In this document: positions 28,640 to 32,000 of the stretch, piece by piece
Layout of the letters: each line of letters begins with the position of its first letter
Numbering within the stretch: the stretch's first letter is position 1
Assembly: GCA_038231275.1 (NCBI GenBank)
Contig: JBBRLQ010000022.1
Location: forward strand, 73,096-105,095
Source: Polyangiales bacterium
Lineage (GTDB): Bacteria > Myxococcota_A > Polyangia > Polyangiales > Polyangiaceae
Direction: 5' to 3'
DNA: 32,000 nt
Translations under genes and position numbers: made by a program
The notes under the pieces: model-generated
Seen by the model: only the letters and a program-made list of their open reading frames with translations
What the model was told of the DNA's origin: nothing
Databases searched by the model: none

Positions 28640-30193
28640 ATGGGGGCGATGGCAACCGTTCCCATGGACGCGAAGGTCGTCGCGGAGTGCCGCGCGATCG
28701 CCGCCGAGATCGCCGACGACGTTCAGCGCTACATCGACGCGCATACGAGCGTCGGCGTGGAGCGCACGATCCTGCGCGCGTTCGGCGTGGACGGAGTGGA
28801 CGATCAGGGCGCGCCGCTCGTGAACGTCGCCGTCGATCGGTACCAGAAGGCCGGGCTGCTCGACCGCGGCATCAGCTACTGGCTCGCGCGCGCGCTCGAC
28901 GCCGGGATGAAGGACCCACAAGAGGCCGCTGAGCGACTGGCGTACGGGCAGGAGCTCGATCGCGGCGAAGGCGGTCTCGACGCTGCGCAGGCACGCGCGC
29001 TCCTCGCCCCTCACGTCGACCAGGCTATCGCCCGCATCGACAAGGCCAAGGAAGCGCGCGAGGCGCTCAAGGCGCGCATCAAGGCCGGCGACACGCCGCA
29101 CAAGTACGTCATCGTCGCGACCGGCAACATCTACGACGACGCGGTCCAGGCCAAGGCCGCCGCCCACGCGGGCGCCGACATCGTCGCCGTGATCCGCGCG
29201 ACCGCGCAGTCGCTCCTCGACTACGTCCCCCACGGCGCGACGACCGAGGGCTACGGCGGCACCTTCGCGACGCAGGAGAACTTCAAGATCATCCGCCGCG
29301 CCACCGACGTGGCGACCGAGGAGTACGGCCGCTACATCCAACAGACGAACTACTCGAGCGGCCTCTGCATGGCGGAGATCGCGTGGATGGCGGCGGTCGA
29401 GCGCCTCGACATGCTGCTGAACGACGCGATGTACGGGATCCTCTTTCGTGACATCAACATGTGCCGCACCTTCGTCGATCAATACGTCTCGCGCCGCTTC
29501 ATCGCGCGCGCCGGCATCGTGATCAACACCGGCGAGGACAACTACCTCACGACCGCCGACGCCGTCGAGAAGGCGCACACGGTCCTGTCGAGCCAGTTCA
29601 TCAACGAGGCGTTCGCGCTGCGAGCCGGCTTGAAAGAAGAGCAGATGGGGCTCGGCCACGCCTACGAGATCGATCCGTGGCTCGAGGACAGCTTCCTCAT
29701 GGAGATGGCGCAGGCGCAGCTCATTCGGCAGATCTTTCCGAAGCACCCCATCAAGTGGATGCCGCCCACCAAGCACAAGACCGGCGACATTTTCTTCGCG
29801 CAGGTGCACGACGCGATGTTCAGCCTGGTGGGCATCACGACGCACCAGTCGATCGAGCTGCTCGGCATGTTCAGTGAGGCGATCCACAACCCGCTCCTCA
29901 TGGACCGCTACCTGTCGCTGAAGAAGACACGATACGTGTACAATGCAGCCAAGCACCTGGGCGACGAAATCCAGTGGAAGCCGGACGGCCGCATCGCCGC
30001 GCGCGCCAAGCAGGTCCTCGGAGAGGCGCACGAGCTGCTCCTCGACGTAAAGCGGACGACCATCTGGGAGGCGATCGGCAACGGCGCATTCGCCGACGTG
30101 AAGCGCACGCGGACGGGCGGCAAGGGGTACGCGGGAGTCGTCGCGCGGGCGAAGGACTACGTGAACCCGATCCTCCAACGACTCGAGCGCTGA
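28640..30193 (+). CDS. kamD: Lysine 5,6-aminomutase alpha subunit (PLP/adenosylcobalamin-dependent)
   Basis: 517 aa. Long near-identical stretches to clostridial KamD as I recall it: YVIVATGNIYDD, GADIVAVIRATAQSLLDYVPHGATTEGYGGTFATQENF, YSSGLCMAEIA, ERLDMLLNDAMYGILFRDINM, INTGEDNYLTTADA, AHTVLSSQFINE, EEQMGLGHA. The start is ambiguous (ATG at 28640, 28649 or 28664). Confidence 0.9.
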   Translation: MGAMATVPMDAKVVAECRAIAAEIADDVQRYIDAHTSVGVERTILRAFGVDGVDDQGAPLVNVAVDRYQKAGLLDRGISYWLARALDAGMKDPQEAAERLAYGQELDRGEGGLDAAQARALLAPHVDQAIARIDKAKEAREALKARIKAGDTPHKYVIVATGNIYDDAVQAKAAAHAGADIVAVIRATAQSLLDYVPHGATTEGYGGTFATQENFKIIRRATDVATEEYGRYIQQTNYSSGLCMAEIAWMAAVERLDMLLNDAMYGILFRDINMCRTFVDQYVSRRFIARAGIVINTGEDNYLTTADAVEKAHTVLSSQFINEAFALRAGLKEEQMGLGHAYEIDPWLEDSFLMEMAQAQLIRQIFPKHPIKWMPPTKHKTGDIFFAQVHDAMFSLVGITTHQSIELLGMFSEAIHNPLLMDRYLSLKKTRYVYNAAKHLGDEIQWKPDGRIAARAKQVLGEAHELLLDVKRTTIWEAIGNGAFADVKRTRTGGKGYAGVVARAKDYVNPILQRLER

Positions 30194-30268
30194 TCCCGAA
30201 GAGAGGGTGGGCGCGCCTCCGGCCGCCGGGCTTTGGCCAAATCACCTCGAAACGCCTAGAGTTCACAC

Positions 30269-31033
30269 ATGCATCCGACCCCCCCGGCCAAGCCGCTGCG
30301 CGCCTACGGCGATCGCGAAGGCGACGGCATGGTCCAAATGAGCTTCGTGCTCCAGATCCCGCCTGGCGCCCGCGCGCGGGAGGCCGCCAAGCGCTTCGGC
30401 GAGAGCCACGGCCTCCGCGAGCCGATCGTCGCGACGATGGAGCGTTGCGCCGAGGGCTACTCGTACTTCGTCGTCTACGGGCACTCCAAGCACTCGGTCG
30501 ACGTCTCGCAGATCGACGTACCGGAGATCCGCACCGAAGCCCTCACGCGCGAAGAGATCGAGCACCGCATCACCACGCGCTTCGGACGCAAGATCATCGT
30601 GGTCGGCGCGTGCACCGGCAGCGACGCCCACACCGTCGGGATCGACGCGATCCTGAACTACAAGGGCTACGCGGGCGACAAGGGGCTCGAGAGCTACAAG
30701 GGCTTCGAGGCGTACAACCTCGGCGCGCAGGTCGAGAACGATCAGCTGCTCGCGAGGGCGAAGGCGCTCGATGCCGACGCGATCCTCGTGAGCCAGGTCA
30801 TCACGCAGCGCAACTGCCACAAGGAGAACGGGCAGGCGCTCATCGAGATGGCGAAGAAGGAGGGCGTGCGCGACGAGTACGTCATGCTCTTCGGGGGGCC
30901 GCGTGTCGACCACAAGCTCGCCCTCGATCTCGGCTTCGACGCGGGCTTCGGGCCTGGCACCAAGCCGAGCGACGTCGCGGGATTTCTCGTCGAGAAGCTC
31001 TGCGGCGCGGAGCCTCCGCCACTCAGGACCTGA
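30269..31033 (+). CDS. kamE: Lysine 5,6-aminomutase beta subunit (B12-binding)
   Basis: 254 aa. LRAYGDREGDGMVQMSFVLQIP, FFVVYG, GRKIIVVGACTGSDAHTVGIDAILNYKGYAG (DxHxxG cobalamin motif), AYNLGAQV, DAILVSQVITQRN, FGGPRV, LGFDAGFGPGT. All are collinear with KamE. Confidence 0.9.
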   Translation: MHPTPPAKPLRAYGDREGDGMVQMSFVLQIPPGARAREAAKRFGESHGLREPIVATMERCAEGYSYFVVYGHSKHSVDVSQIDVPEIRTEALTREEIEHRITTRFGRKIIVVGACTGSDAHTVGIDAILNYKGYAGDKGLESYKGFEAYNLGAQVENDQLLARAKALDADAILVSQVITQRNCHKENGQALIEMAKKEGVRDEYVMLFGGPRVDHKLALDLGFDAGFGPGTKPSDVAGFLVEKLCGAEPPPLRT

Positions 31034-31096
31034 CCGGAAAAGCCTGGTCAGTCTTTCCGTCAGGAAACGTTTCGCTCCGCTGCGCTTCGCTCCACT

Positions 31097-32000
31097 TCAC
31101 CGGGGCGGCAAAAAATCGACCGTGAGGCCAACGTCGACGCCGGGGCGGCCGAGGCGGTGACCGCCAGCCGCGCGGACGACGAGGCACCCACACTTGTCCC
31201 GCAGCTCGATCGACGCGCGCGCGGCGAGGAGCTCGCGCGCGGAGAGATCGCCGTCGGCACCGAAGCTCGTGGTGATGACGCGCGACCATGGGATCGAAAC
31301 GCGTGGGCCGCCGGTGAACCCCTCGAGCGCGAGGAGGCCGCTCGACGGCTCGAGGGGCGCGTCGGTCAGCGCGCGCGCGGCGACCGGATCGACGCCGTAG
31401 CGGACGGCGACGAGGACGCCGAGGTGGATGCTGTCGGCGCGACCGAGCCGATAGCGCGTGATCGCCGCGACGCCGGCCGGCGTGGTGCCCGCAAAGACGC
31501 GCGCGACGTCGGCGCCGGTTCCGACCCACTTCGTCGTGGTCGCGCCGCGCCAACGGAGCATCGGGCGCGCGCGCGACGCGTCGCCGAGCGCGCCGAAGGA
31601 CGCCTCGAATTCGCTGCCTTCGCGCGCGCCCCAGCGGCCGAACGCGTTGTACACGGTGCCTTGCGCGACCCACGCCGCGCCGTGAACGAGCGCGGCGCCG
31701 CGACCCGGGAGCGCGCCGAGCACACCCTCGTCGTGCGCGCCGAGGAGGGCGGCGGCGACGCGCGGCTCGAACCGGTGCCGGATCGGATCGGTCGGCTCGT
31801 CCTTCGACTCGTACGCCCGTACGAATGGAAGCGCGAGCTCTCCACGCAGCGCGCCGGTGCCGTCTTTCCCGCGGTGCTCTCCATCGTCGGCGACGTCGCC
31901 TGCGCCGCGCGCAGACACGGAGGCGCCGACTGGACCCACGCGCGTCGCGAGCATCGTCCCGGCCTCGGCGCGCGCATAGGCCAGCGCGCGCAGACCATCG
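31097..32000 (-). CDS. Outer-membrane beta-barrel protein, C-terminal part (possibly LptD-like); open at the right window edge
   Basis: The track lists 31097..31954, but the frame stays open to position 32000 (my translation upstream of the ATG reads ..DGLRALAYARAEAGT). It has an alternating beta-strand pattern. The C-terminal segment IELRDKCGCLVVRAAGG...VDVGLTVDF is reminiscent of the conserved Cys pair near the LptD C-terminus. The family call is weak. Confidence 0.4.
   Translation of the reverse strand, partial: DGLRALAYARAEAGTMLATRVGPVGASVSARGAGDVADDGEHRGKDGTGALRGELALPFVRAYESKDEPTDPIRHRFEPRVAAALLGAHDEGVLGALPGRGAALVHGAAWVAQGTVYNAFGRWGAREGSEFEASFGALGDASRARPMLRWRGATTTKWVGTGADVARVFAGTTPAGVAAITRYRLGRADSIHLGVLVAVRYGVDPVAARALTDAPLEPSSGLLALEGFTGGPRVSIPWSRVITTSFGADGDLSARELLAARASIELRDKCGCLVVRAAGGHRLGRPGVDVGLTVDFLPPR

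Noticed and set aside
31034-31096. Convergent intergenic region after kamE with CTGACC...GGTCAG, CGGAAA...TTTCCG and the GAAACGTTTC palindrome
   Set aside because: These are several overlapping weak stems with large loops and only a marginal T-rich tail (TCTTTCC). A bidirectional terminator is plausible but not strong enough to annotate.

Overview
This is a high-GC (about 70% by eye, not computed), densely coding segment. It reads like core chromosome of a myxobacterium-like organism. That placement is an inference from gene content: a eukaryote-like Ser/Thr kinase, an outer-membrane protein with thrombospondin type-3 repeats, an RpoH-like sigma factor and many lipoproteins. I can support 27 protein-coding genes, two of them cut by the window edges. 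I also support one RNA gene that the ORF track hides under spurious ORFs (RNase P RNA, minus strand, about 15944-16366), one intrinsic terminator, and a 30-bp perfect palindrome directly abutting a start codon. Recognisable genes are yggX plus an Fe-S/FAD oxidoreductase, an MBL-fold hydrolase, erpA, an RpoH-like sigma factor, a SahR-like ArsR-methyltransferase fusion translationally coupled to metH, rnpB, maf plus a GT39 glycosyltransferase, ygfZ, a DAG-kinase-like lipid kinase, an SRPBCC protein, an ABC-2 permease, a Ser/Thr kinase, and the kamD/kamE B12/PLP aminomutase. I saw no transposase, integrase, CRISPR array, tRNA, rRNA, toxin-antitoxin pair or known defence gene, and no compositionally foreign island. 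Most long antisense or out-of-frame ORFs in the track are GC-rich artefacts. The candidates for undescribed biology are modest: (1) a translationally coupled tandem pair of about 620-640 aa paralogous lipoproteins with no domain I recognise; (2) a zinc-ribbon membrane protein with repeated TMLG motifs, coupled to a secreted beta-propeller; (3) a co-directional lipid kinase / SRPBCC / orphan permease / small membrane protein module; (4) a stand-alone kamDE pair without the rest of the lysine fermentation pathway; (5) a predicted leaderless, palindrome-controlled sahR-metH operon. I do not see convincing evidence for a dramatic new system here, and all functional proposals below are hypotheses.
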